A stretch of 64,000 nucleotides of DNA from Vicugna vicugna (Eukaryota), in assembly GCA_013265495.1 (NCBI GenBank), contig MU058791.1, forward strand, positions 498,001 to 562,000, in the 5' to 3' direction. Every line of letters begins with the position of its first letter. Position 1 is the stretch's first letter. A model generated the notes under the pieces. That model made no database searches and was not told the DNA's origin. It worked only from the letters and a program-made list of their open reading frames with translations. Shown here piece by piece: positions 12,501 to 23,812 of the stretch. Position numbers and translations under genes: made by a program.

Positions 12501-14039
12501 ATATGCAAATACCAGGGGCACAGGGCATTTTAAGAGGGATGTGAGTCAAAGAAGGGGCACTAGCTCACTCACTGAGGCAGGCAAGACCTGGGCATCCAAA
12601 CACAGGTGATGCTCCGTGGGAGATCATAGGACACCAGAGAGAGGAGATGAGGAGGCATCCTCTCTCCTCCATAACTTAGCACATCGTTGGCCTGAGGTCC
12701 CTGTGTGTGACAGGATGCAGAGTGGGACTTTCTTGATCTCTCAGGAGTTAAGCTGAGATTGAGTCAAGAAAAAAAGAAAGAAGGAAAGAAAGCCTCCAAT
12801 GCTTGACGCTTTAATACAAAATACTCCTCCAACCCCATCCTCTCTATCTCATGGGCATCAAGTGACATGAAGGGGGAAGAAATGGAAGTTGTGGTTAACT
12901 TGGGAAGTGGCGCACTCATGGGCATGGAGCGTCTGTTGGGGTGAAGAGGGGTGCTTTCCCTTAGAAGAGGCCAGGGAGCAAAGACTTGGGTGCCAGCAAG
13001 AAAGGAAGACCAGAATTTCTGTCTTCCAGTTGGGTTCATCTTCCCGGGAAGGATGTTTCCTAGTTAACTCAGCAGACGCGTGACTGGTCCCAATTCGTGA
13101 TGCCTAACTATGCACAGCTCTCTTTAGTGTGAAGGGTACCCAGCCCAGCTTTTTGTTTTTTGTCTCCCATATTCGGCCTTTAACTGAAATTCTGGGGCAG
13201 GAGGAATCTCCATCAACATTCCATGACTCTGATCCTTTCCCTTGCAAATTGCCCTGGTTCCAGTAACTGAACTGGGGAATCAAGACTTTCCCCATGTGAG
13301 CAAGGAAGTAGGGCTGGAATGAATTGTTAGGCCATCCAGAAGGTGTGTACGCAGTGCCCTGGTCCCACACAGGGCGGCCAGGTGCAAGGTGGGCCCTGTT
13401 ATCACAGGGAGGATGGCTGGGTTAGCAAGCCAGGCACACAGCGGGGATGGCTGAATGCCTGGTGGGCTTTGGGGAGCAGAGACATTTCATGGCCATGTTG
13501 AAGCTGAGAACATGAAAAAGCCCCTGAAGCCCTTGGTGTCTGCTGAACTTGGCCAGCGCTCTGTGCTGCTGGCAGGCCCGGCTGGAAATCTGTTTACCCA
13601 GAGGAACAAAGCATCGGATAAGCTTTGTGGTGGAAAAGAGCCATGATTCTCAGTCTAAATTTTGCAATTAGAGGGATACACAAAGATGATCCAGTGGAAT
13701 TTGAGGCTAGTGAAGCTCTGGTGGATCTGAGGCAAAAATTTGCATCTGGGGTGAAACCTCTTTTCATTTATAGAGAAGTGACCCCAGGAGAGAGTTGTGT
13801 GTGGCCGGAGTTTTAGAGAAATCAGGACTGACTCAGAACTAAGCTATGGACCTGGGAGTTTTTGCTCTTTCTGTCCTGCTGTTTTGTTTTTTTTTTTCTT
13901 TTGAATTTTATTGAAGCAAACAGGATTTGGTAGAAGGAGGCTTACAAATTATGCAAATTTCTCTTTTTCTTAACTTAGCAATACGGAACCCACTAGAAGA
14001 TGAGGATGACTAAGAAGTGGGCTTTGTGGGTTTTGTGAA

Positions 14040-14638
14040 TGTACTACTCAGGGTTCCCCAGAGAAACAGAAAAACATAGGATGGATGGAGAGAGAGAGTG
14101 CCAGAGGGAACGTGTAAGAGGGAGCACACTGTGTGTGTGTGTGTGTGTGTGTGTGTACACACACGCATATAGTTTTTTATACAGCTCTAGATCTATTCAG
14201 AAAGGGATTTATTATAAGGCATTGGCTCAAGTGATTATGGAGGTAAGTCCGTATCAAGTCCCATGATCTGCCATCTGCAAGCTGGGGACCCAGCAAAGCC
14301 AGTGGTGTAGTTCACTGGCAAGAGAGCCATCATGTAGATTCCGGTCTGAGTCTCAAGGCCTGAGAACCAGAAATGCCGAGGGCAAGAGAAAATCAATGTC
14401 CCAGCTCCTCAGTCAGGCAGAGAGAGAACTGCAGCTTCCTCTGCCTTTTTGTCCTATGCAGGCCCTCTGTGGATCAGACGATGCCCACCCACGTTGGGGA
14501 GGGCCATCTGCTTCACTCAGTCCACCAACTCAAAGTGTTCCACAAACACCCTCCCAGAGATCCCCAGATGTAATGTTTAACCATCCATCTGGTCACCCAT
14601 GTCCTCCATCAAGTTGACACATAAAATTAACCTTCACA
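14040..14638 (+). mobile_element. MLT2-type (ERVL) solo LTR containing a (TG)n microsatellite
   Basis: tgtactactcagggttccccagagaaacaga...ttattataaggcattggctca...aagttgacacataaaattaaccttcaca. Confidence 0.85.
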
Positions 14639-14774
14639 AGGAATAATGTCCTGGGAGATGACATGTGCTGGTAAAAGGGAGGGAAACTAGAATAACGGAA
14701 TGAGCAAGCCCCTTGGGCCCTGGGAGAAAGTCTCAGCTCTGAAATTCACTAGTTGAATGATTCTATAATAACAG

Positions 14775-14975
14775 CTACCAAGGACTGAATTGTGTCCCCC
14801 CACCCCCATTTCATTCGTATGCTGAAATTCATCTATTGAATCTCTAATGGTATTTGAAGATGAGACCTTCAGAAGGTAGTTAGGGCCAAATGAGGTCAGG
14901 GATGGGCAAAGCTTCGGTTATTTAAGCCACCCAGTCCATGGTATTGGGTTATGTCATCCCAAGCAGACGAATACA
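14775..14975 (+). mobile_element. MLT1 (MaLR) LTR fragment
   Basis: ggactgaattgtgtcccc...ggtatttgaagatg...tttaagccacccagt...atggtatt...aataca. Confidence 0.7.
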
Positions 14976-15129
14976 AAGTCTAACACCGTTATACACATGC
15001 TACAGGCATCAGTGACCGTAATGCACCCCTCTCACCATCATCATCCACATGACGCAAACGAGGAGCCTCAAGCTCAGAGAGGTCGTATGCCCTAGTGGTG
15101 AAAGCAGTTCAGGGAGAAAAACAAAGTAC

Positions 15130-15350
15130 AGAGGCCAATGGAAGGAAGATCAGTAGTTGCCAGGACAGTGGAGACTGACCACAAAGAGGCACAGGGAAAC
15201 ATTTGGGGTGACAGAAATACTCTGTATCTTGTTCTATATCATAGTGTGGTTCCCTGGTTGTATATATTCATCAAAATCCATTGGATTATATACTTAAAAT
15301 GGGTACATTTGATTACGTATGTAGTTTATAGCTCAGTAAAGATGACTGAT
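15130..15350 (+). mobile_element. L1ME-like 3' end
   Basis: agatcagtagttgccagg...ggcacagggaaacatttggggtga...tatacttaaaatgggtacattt. Confidence 0.6.
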
Positions 15351-15397
15351 AAATTTTTGAGAAAAATAAGATTCTTACTGTTAAAAAGAAAAAAGAT

Positions 15398-15530
15398 AAC
15401 TGGAGTCAGATCACTTAGGTCCAAATGCCAGTTTCATGGTGTGATTTTGATCAAGTTACTTAATTTCTCTGGGTGTCTCAGCCTCTAGTTCCTCATCTGT
15501 AAAATAGGGATAAGAATGGTTCCTTAATAT
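15398..15530 (+). mobile_element. MIR SINE
   Basis: ggagtcaga...caagttacttaatttctctg...ttcctcatctgtaaaataggga. Confidence 0.7.
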
Positions 15531-15569
15531 ATGTTTTAAGACTGTCACAAGAGTATTTTATGCTATATT

Positions 15570-16580
15570 TTATTCATTTATGCATTCATCCAACAAATGT
15601 ATTATGAACACCTACTGTGTGCGTCAGGCACTGTTCTAGGTAGGAAGGGTGGACCCGACCTTCTGGGTGGTGTAGCAGTATACAAAACAGACAGGGTTCC
15701 TGTTCCTTTGGGGCTAAACTTCTAATGGAGGGGGGGAGGGACCACTGACAAGTGAAAAAAAAAAAAGCTAACTGCAGATGGAAATACATGGTATGAATTA
15801 GATTAAACAAAGTAATGTAGTTAGCTGGGGACTTTATTAGAGAGTGTGCCCAAGAAAAGGCCTCCTGAGGGGGTGACTGAACAAAGTTTTAAAGGAAGAT
15901 GAGGAGACCATGCAAATATCTGAAGGACAAGGGCTTCAGGCAGAAGAATAATATGTGCAAAGGCCCTGAGGCTGGAATGAGCTTGTGTAGTGAAGAATTT
16001 GAAGCTCACTATGACTGGAGAGTAGTGATCAAAGCTGAGCAAGGAGAATGGGCTGAGATAGGACTAGGGAAGTGCATGGATCAATGGCTTTTCAGGGATT
16101 ATGAAGACCATGAGAAGCCCTTGGAAGGGTTACGAAGGGGATTAAGAAGGCCTGATTTAACATTACAACGATCACTCTGTCTATGCTGCGGAAAAATAGT
16201 TGTAGAGGAAACAAGGAGGCTTGCAGGAAGCTGTTGCAGCAGTACAGGTGTCGAGGGTTTGGATCACGATGGTGGCCTTGGAGAAGGAGAGAAGTGGGTG
16301 GTTCTAGATATACTGGTGAGAGGGTCATACTAACATATTGCACGAAGGGGGTGAGAAAAAGAATCAAGAAAGACTGTTTTTGGCTCAGGCTACTGGGTAG
16401 ATGCTGGTGTCATTTGCAAGCTGAGGGAATCTCAGGCAGAAAATTAAGAGCTTCGTTTTAGACCTGATGAATTGAGATGTATATTAGACAACCACAGGGA
16501 GACACTATGCGTGCAACTGGACCTCAGAGTCTAGGGTTCAGGGGCAAGATCAAGGCTAAAGATACAAAGAAATGTCCATA
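15570..16580 (-). mobile_element. L2 LINE 3' region
   Basis: ttcatttatgcattcatccaacaaatgtattatgaacacctactgtgtgc...ggcactgttctagg, followed by purine-rich L2 body. Confidence 0.7.
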
Positions 16581-16759
16581 GCAACGTAAAGCATACTGTT
16601 ACTACATCTCCTTGAAATTGCAGGGGCCACCATTTTTCTTATCTCCCTCAAAGGTCCAGTGGAGTGTCTCTAGGTGCCTACAGGGAGCAAGGTGCAGGGG
16701 CCAGGAAGGGGAAGCAAGCATAGAGATGGTTCTCAACAGACACTGATAGCGAGTCACCA

Positions 16760-17135
16760 CACTGTGACGAGTAATTCCCTTCCCCGAGGGGTCATACATA
16801 TTTTCAGACTCCTTCTAACTCCCTGGTTTTCCGGTCGCGTGTTAAAGGTCACATTCCCAGAAAGGCTTTCTGGAGCCACCCTGTCTAAGATAGGTCTTTC
16901 TTGCTTTCCACCCCTACTACAGCATTTCCTCACCCAGCACACTGTTAATTTTATTCCTATCATTCATTTCTAATTATTAGCTTACAGTTTTTTTTTTTAC
17001 TTCTCCCCTCCACTGGAGAGAGAATTAGACCCTGATGGAAGGAAACCTGCCTGCGTGGTCATAGCTGTCAGCCAGAACTAGCCCTGCACCTGGCACATAG
17101 TAGGTGCTCAATAAGTATTTGTTGAAGAAGTGAAC
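16760..17135 (+). mobile_element. L2 LINE 3' end
   Basis: cctggcacatagtaggtgctcaataagtatttgttgaa. Confidence 0.7.
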
Positions 17136-18137
17136 AAACCAGCCCTGCCTGAGATATCATGAGCAGATTAACTGGTGCTCTGAGCGTGGGCTGGAGTAGC
17201 CTTATTCCAGATCACCAAGTCCTCTGCCCAAGACAAGGAACAGGATTTGTTCCATTCATTATAATAAGAATGTTTAACATGAGATCCACCCTCTTAACAA
17301 AACAGCCAAACTCACAGAAGCAGTGAGTAGGATGGTAGTTGCTCAGGGAGTTGCTATTCAATGGCTACAAACTTTCAGTTACACAAGATGAATCAGATCT
17401 AAGGAACTGGATATTTTTAAATTGAAGTGTAGTCAGTTTACAATGCTGTGTCAGTTTCTGGTGTACAGCGTTTCAGTCATACATATACATACAGATAAGG
17501 AACGGGATTTTAAAGTCGGCACAGGGAATAATTACTAGGGAAGACCGTGGCACTGGGCGCCACGTGCATCCAGCACTGAGCACCACAGCAGGTGCACCCT
17601 CATTAGCAGGATCATGGACCCGAGGTGGGTGGGTCCTCTCCAACTCCCTGAGCTCCTGAACCAAAAGAGTTTTGTAAGTGTTTTGAGTTGTCCTCATGAG
17701 ATGTCAGGGCCAGCAAGCCAAAAAGCCATGTGGCTGTTTGCCAGCTGCCTGGCTTAAAATCTAGTCCCTTCCATGGAAAATGAAACTGAGAAAATATTTC
17801 AAGATTTCTAATCAGAATCTGTCCCCTGCAGTGGAGAAGGCTATTTTTATGTTCCATCTCAACACACTGGAGAGTTCTGGGAATGCAGCTTGTATCCAAC
17901 TTCTACGAGGGGGACTGGAGTGAGATGCTGAGCGCTAGCTCCCCTCCTAAGGAGGAAACCGAAAATATCACAGAGCCCTCAGCTTCCCAGCAACGTCTAT
18001 CCTCCAAATCTATTGAAAAATAGAAAGAAGGGGCAGTGGGTCCAGTTAAGAAAATACACAGTGAAGTGGCAGGAAAATTATAGAGGGAAGTTGAAACGGT
18101 AAAGACTTTTGTGAATCTGAACTAAAGGGGTATTCTT

Positions 18138-18280
18138 TTTTTAAAATTTGTTTTATTTTTTATTCTGGGGGAGCGGGTAATTAGATTTGTTTGTTTTTTT
18201 AGAGGAGGTACTGGGGATTGAACCCAGGACCCGGTGCACGCTAAGCATGCGCTCTACCACTTGAGCTACACCCTCCCCCC
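18138..18280 (-). mobile_element. Full-length tRNA-Ala-derived Vic-1-type camelid SINE with TSD
   Basis: Minus reads GGGGGGAGGGTGTAGCTCAAGTGGTAGAGCGCATGCTTAGC...GGGTTCAATCCCCAGTACCTCC (A and B boxes), then tail ctaattacccgctccccc + A-rich. TSD taaaggg(g)tattctt at 18123-18137 and 18281-18294. Confidence 0.9.
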
Positions 18281-20011
18281 TAAAGGGTATTCTTAAGAGT
18301 ATTAAATGAAGCATGTGAATTGACCAATAGGGAGGTATGAAGGCAAAGAGAAAACCTGTCAAATTTTCATTACTCTAGTGGAGGTCAGAGTTCATAGCTT
18401 GCGAGAAGCCATGATCTATGCAGGGAGATACTAGAATTGGTTCTTCTTTTGAAATATTGTTGATGCCTCATTTTGGTCTGATGAAAAACTTGTTTCCTCA
18501 CTAACCAGTGTGATGAAGTGCTGGAAACATCTGTCTGTATCAATCCCAGTATTTTGGAAGGGAAAATCTGAAAAGGGAAGCCTTACATCTTTGCAGCCTG
18601 AGTTTCCAGGAAAGAGGAGCTGCCAAAACCTTGCTGATATCTGATGGTTTGAGAGCAAAAAAGGGAAAGCACATGATGTATACAACCCGTTGGCTTGTTA
18701 GCACTTGGTATCTGACACCAAAATGGTAAAAAGTAGTTGTGAGTAGAGCCTTCTCCTTGGAGATGTAAGAACAGTTGTTTGGGAAATGCTGTGTGGCTAC
18801 ATGTGGCGTGCTGGGCTTTGTGGGATATAATGTTCCTTTTTTCCCCACCACCACCCTCCAAAAAAAAAAAAGAAAAAAAAAAGGTCATCCAATCTTTGAA
18901 AGTCCCAGTGCAAAAGTAAACATTTAAAGTGGCCAGCAGAATGGGTTAGAAACATGTGTAACCATAACAGACTTAGAATTTTAAAAGTAGAAATAGGTTC
19001 TCTGGGATGGGGGTTAGGACTGTGGGGGAATCCTCCCATTATTTCCTGCTCTTTCTCAGCTGAAAGCCAGGTGTAGCTTCCCCCACCCCCAAGGTCTCCT
19101 GCCCCCCCGTAGCAGTGACCCCGCTACAGGCTGCTGGTGGGCCATCCATCAAGGTGTGCGGATGAGGGAAGGTTGCTGAAGACCCAGCCTCACACTTCTT
19201 CCTTGGGTGGATGACAGATAGGTTGAAAATTCTGGAGTGGTGGCAGGACACATACTCTGCTCAGCAGTGATGCTCATGATCAAAACAAGAAAAAAATTTA
19301 TGGAGATTAAAAAAAAAAAAACCCATCTCTCAAACTGATGTGTTGTTTTCTTCTTGGAATTCCCCGGGCTGTGGAGTTCTTGGCAAGTAGGCAGACTAGG
19401 TGGGTGTGAAAGGCTTGTGCCTCTGAGCCGTTGACAGGGGTTACCTGGAAGAGAGCTGGGAAAGGGCTAGGCTGGCCCCTCCCTCCAGCTGATGCTTAGA
19501 AAAACTTTCCACTTGGCCGTGGATTGGGGAACTCAGAGATTTACAATAACCTCTGTCTTCCAAACTAAACACTTGGGTCTGAGTTATTAATTCCAAGTTA
19601 AAAACTCCTTGGGGGATCCAAAGTAAAATCACTTCACAAAGAAAGCCAGTTTTAAGTGCTGCCTGCAAACAAGGTGGGCTGTAGGTAGAACTGCCCATTG
19701 GAAGAGACCCATGTACTTGAGCAAGTGTTAAAAAAAAAAAACAAAACTTTTGATGTGTTTTCCAGGGGCTCTGTTGGAAAGCAAATATAGACATAAAGAT
19801 AACAGCTTGATTGATTTTAAAATTTACTGACAGGAAAAGTAGTACAGAGAAGCTAAACCATATCCACAGCAATAGAGAAAACATTTATGAGGAACAAGAC
19901 TAGAACTTAGCACTGCGGGCTTGCCTTTCACAGTGAAAGCCCTCTGCTTGGGCAGCATTCTCTCCATCACCGGGAGTTTGCCCGGAGGTCCTGGATGGCA
20001 GCAGAGAACGC

Positions 20012-20164
20012 ACTAGACCGAATGTTCTTCCCGCCCCAAATCTGTATGTTGAAACTCTGATCCCCAATGTGATGGTATTTGAAGATGGGGTCTTGAGGAG
20101 GTGGTTAGGCCATGAGGGTGGAGCTCTCATGAGGGAATTAGTACCCTTATAAAAAGTTACCCGA
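20012..20164 (+). mobile_element. MLT1A-like LTR 5' part, truncated at a SINE insertion
   Basis: gaatgtt...tatgttgaaactctgatccccaatgtgatggtatttgaagatgggg...ggccatgagggtggagctctcatga...cccttataaaa. Confidence 0.8.
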
Positions 20165-20261
20165 GGGGAGGATATAGCTCAGCGGTAGAGTAGTGTATAG
20201 TGTGCGCGGGGTCCTGGGTTCAATCCCCAGTACCTCCATTAAAAATAAACTTAATTACCTC
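20165..20261 (+). mobile_element. Vic-1-type SINE, 3' end fused to L1
   Basis: ggggaggatatagctcagcggtagag...ggtcctgggttcaatccccagtacctccattaaaaataaacttaattacctc. Confidence 0.85.
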
Positions 20262-21612
20262 ACACCATATACAAAAGTTAACTCAAAGTAAAGACTTAAA
20301 TGTAAGACCTGAAACTGTAAAACTACTAGAAAACAGGGGAAAAGTTTCTTGACTTTGGTCTGGGCAATGATTTTTTTTTTTTTTTGATATGAACCCAAAA
20401 GCAAAGGTTACAAAAGCAAAAATTGACGAATGGGATTTCATTAAAATAAAAAGCTGCTCCATAAATGAATATAGAGTGAAGAGACAGTCTATGGAATGGG
20501 AAAAAGTATTTTCAAACCATGTATCTGATAAGGAATTCATAGCTAAAATATATAAGGAACTCAGGTAACTCAAAAGCAAGGAAACAACTTCAACATGGGC
20601 AAAGGACCTGAACAGACGTTTCTCAAAAGAAGATAAACAAATGACCAACAGGCATATGAGATGGTACTCAGTACTGCTAATCATTGGGAAATGCAAGTGA
20701 ACATCACCGTGAATGTTGCCCCAAAACTGTTAGATTGGTTATTATCAAAAAAGACAAAAGATAAGTGTTGGCAAGGATGCAGAGAAAAGAGAACCCTTGC
20801 ACACAGTTGGTGGGATTGTAAACTGGTACAACTGTTATGGAAAACAGTATGCAGGGTCCTCAGAAAATTAAACAGACTATCATATGTTCCAACAAAGCCT
20901 ACTTCCTGGGTATATATCCGAAGGGAGTGGAATCAGTGTCTCACAAAGAAATCTGCACTTCCCACGTTTGCAGTACTAACAACAGCCAAGTTACAGAAAC
21001 AGCCTAAGTGTCCATCGACAGATGAGTGGATACAGATGATGTGGCATATGTATGTATATATGTACACACACACACACACACACATACATATACACATGCA
21101 CACACACAGTGAAATATTCAGCCTTAAAGAGGAGGAAATCTTGTCATTTGTGACAATATGGATGGGCCTGGAGGACATTATGCTAAGTGAAAAAAGCCAG
21201 ACACAGAAGGTCAAATACCACATGATGTTGCCTATCTATAAAGTCTAAAAAAGTCAAACTCCTCGAAGTGGAGAGTAGAATGCTGTTGACCAGGGGCTGG
21301 AGGGTAGGGGAAATGGGAAAATGTTGGTTCAAAGGGTACGGAGTTCAAGATACGCAGGATGAGGAAGTTCTGGATATCTAATGTGGGCACAGTGACTAGT
21401 TAGCAGTACTGTATTGTATGCTTGAAATTGAATAAGAGAGTAGATCCTGATTGCTCTCAACAAAATAAAAAGGTGACTATATGAGGTGGCAGATATGTTA
21501 ATTAGCTTGATTGTGATAAGCACTTCATAACGTTTGTATACATGTATCAAAACATCATGTTGTATACTTTAAATATGTAAAATTTTATTTTAAAATTATA
21601 CCTCAATAAATC
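20256..21612 (+). mobile_element. Older L1 (L1MA/MB-like) ORF2 3' part and 3' UTR
   Basis: Decayed ORF2 motifs [30 protein letters not shown] and [12 protein letters not shown]; ends attatacctcaataaa. Confidence 0.9.
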
Positions 21613-21719
21613 TGGGGGAAAGTGTCCATAGGGATGCACCCTCCTTACCACAGAGCGTGATTTTATACTGTTAAATTGAATTACTAAAGCCGAACTGAGG
21701 CAGGAAGACTAAGGTGCCT

Positions 21720-22320
21720 TCCACAGTTCCCCAGCTCCTGGTACTGACCTCCTCCTTTGTGATGCCCTCCTTTTGCATGTGTGTAGGACTTGTGACTTGA
21801 TTCTGACCAATGGAACATTTTAAGTGGATGGGGTATCGCTTTCCAGGTTAGATTACGTAAGACTGTAACTTACATGTCACTGGCAGACTTTCTCCATTGC
21901 CTTCTTGGCTTGTGTGCTTTGATGAAGTAAACAGTCAGGCTGGAGCAGCCAACGTGGCAAGGAATTGAGGGCAACTTCCAGCCAACAGTCAGTAGCCAGC
22001 TGGGACCTAAGGACCTCAGTTCAAGAGCCTGTAGGGAACCAGTCTTACAAATAATCATGTGAGCTTAAAAATAAAGTCAAGCCTTCAGATAAGACCCCAG
22101 CCCCGGCCAACGCCTCAATTACAGCCTTGTGACAGACTCTGAAGCAGAGAGCTCAGCCTAAGCCATGCTGAGACTCTTGACCACAGAAACTGCGAGATAG
22201 TAAGTGTATCTTGCTTTAAGGCACTGGAACGCACATGTTATCTCACTAAGTTATGAGCAATGACACAGTTATTACTAAGTTCATGGTATTTTGTTACACA
22301 GCAATGGATAGCTAACATAT
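21720..22320 (+). mobile_element. MLT1 (MaLR) LTR, MLT1E/F-like
   Basis: ggacttgtgacttg...aaggaattgaggg...gccttcagat...ccacagaaactg...ttgttacacagcaatggatagctaaca. Confidence 0.75.
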
Positions 22321-23339
22321 CTGTCTAAACTATTTGCATTTGGATCAGTTTGCCAATATTCAGAGGTGCTCCAAGTACCTCAAAGTATCTCTTCTTACAA
22401 AGGGGCTCCTCAAAATAATCTCTCCTAGAATAAAATGTTTATTCTGAAGATGGTTAACCTCTTTTACCCTCAGAGCAGTGACTTCTCAGTCCTTACTGCA
22501 TATTCTCATCACATGGAAGGTGTTTTGTTTTGCTTTGGTTTGATGTGGAGTGTTTTGTTTTTAATGCTGATGCTGGCGCCCCACTGGGATAATAAGGGGG
22601 CAGATGGCAGGCATCCTTAATTCATATCTCCCCAGTTGTTCCTAATATGCTGGCAGAGTTGAGAACCAGTAGTTCAGAGTCATATTATGTAACTGTCTGG
22701 CACTTTTAGAATGGCAGTTTTATCCCTGTTTCCAGCATTCAGAGGTTCAGAAACATTGAAGTTCACTCTCAGAGTGCCCAGCTACACCATTAAGAAATGT
22801 TTTTAATGAAAGAAAATAGGACGTTTCAGTGTCTGGTTTGAATTTTCTCATTTTACTGGACAGGAAGAAATGAAATGCCAGGCCATCCAGTTGATGCCCA
22901 GCCATCTGGCAAATGAAGATTCATCTCTTAGGGACAGAGTGTTGAAGCCAACTTATGATCCCTTAGTGGGGTGCAGGATTAATTGGAAAAACACAGATAA
23001 TCAGAAAGTTTCATTTCAGTTTCTTTGTTCAGCCTCATCTCTGAGCCTTAAGCAAAAGCCAGAGAAAGTAGCAGACAAACCCACAGGGCTTCACCCTCCA
23101 GTGTGTTCAACCTCTGCTGCCAAAGACAACAAGTTTTGCAGACACCAAGGGGGTGGCAACAGGGGCGAAGAGGCAGGAGAGAAGCAAAAGTCTTTATAAT
23201 CCCCTCCCTGGAGAAATAGTGTCTAGATAACCCAAAAATGATTTTTTTTTTCCATTGAAGACCTTTTATTCTGGTTACTTCTCAGGGATTCAGCAGATAC
23301 TTTCACTGCTTTTTTTTTTTTTTGGTGTGTGTTCAAGTT

Positions 23340-23812
23340 CAATAACCTTTTATTTATTTTTAATGTATTTTTATATATAGTGGTTAACATTTGCACATCT
23401 CAAACTCTCAAATTTATCCCTTCCCGCCTCCTTTTCCCGGTAACCATAAGATTGTTTACTATGTCTGCTAGTCTGTTTCTGTTTTGTAGATGAGTTCATA
23501 GTGTCCTTTTTTTTTTTTTTTTGATTCCACATATCATACGGTATTTTTCTTTCTCTTTCTGGCTAATTTCACTTAGAATTACAATTTCCAGGTCCATCCA
23601 TGTTGCTGCAAGTGGCACTGTTTTATTATTTTTATGGCTGAGTAGTATTCCATTGTATAAATATACCACAACTTCTTTATCCAGTCATCTGTGGATGGAT
23701 GTTTAGGTTATTTCCATGTCTTGGCTCTTGTAAATAGTGCTGCTATGAACACTGGGGTGCATATATCTTTTTGAATTAGAGTTCTCTCTGGATATATACC
23801 CAGGAATGGGAC
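23340..23812 (-). mobile_element. L1 3' end (camelid/artiodactyl type)
   Basis: tccatccatgttgctgcaagtggc...ggctgagtagtattccattg...gtaaatagtgctgctatgaac. Confidence 0.85.

Noticed and set aside
18200..18280. tRNA-Ala gene
   Set aside because: Degenerate stems, SINE tail and TSD show it is a SINE head; the same applies to 20165-20240.
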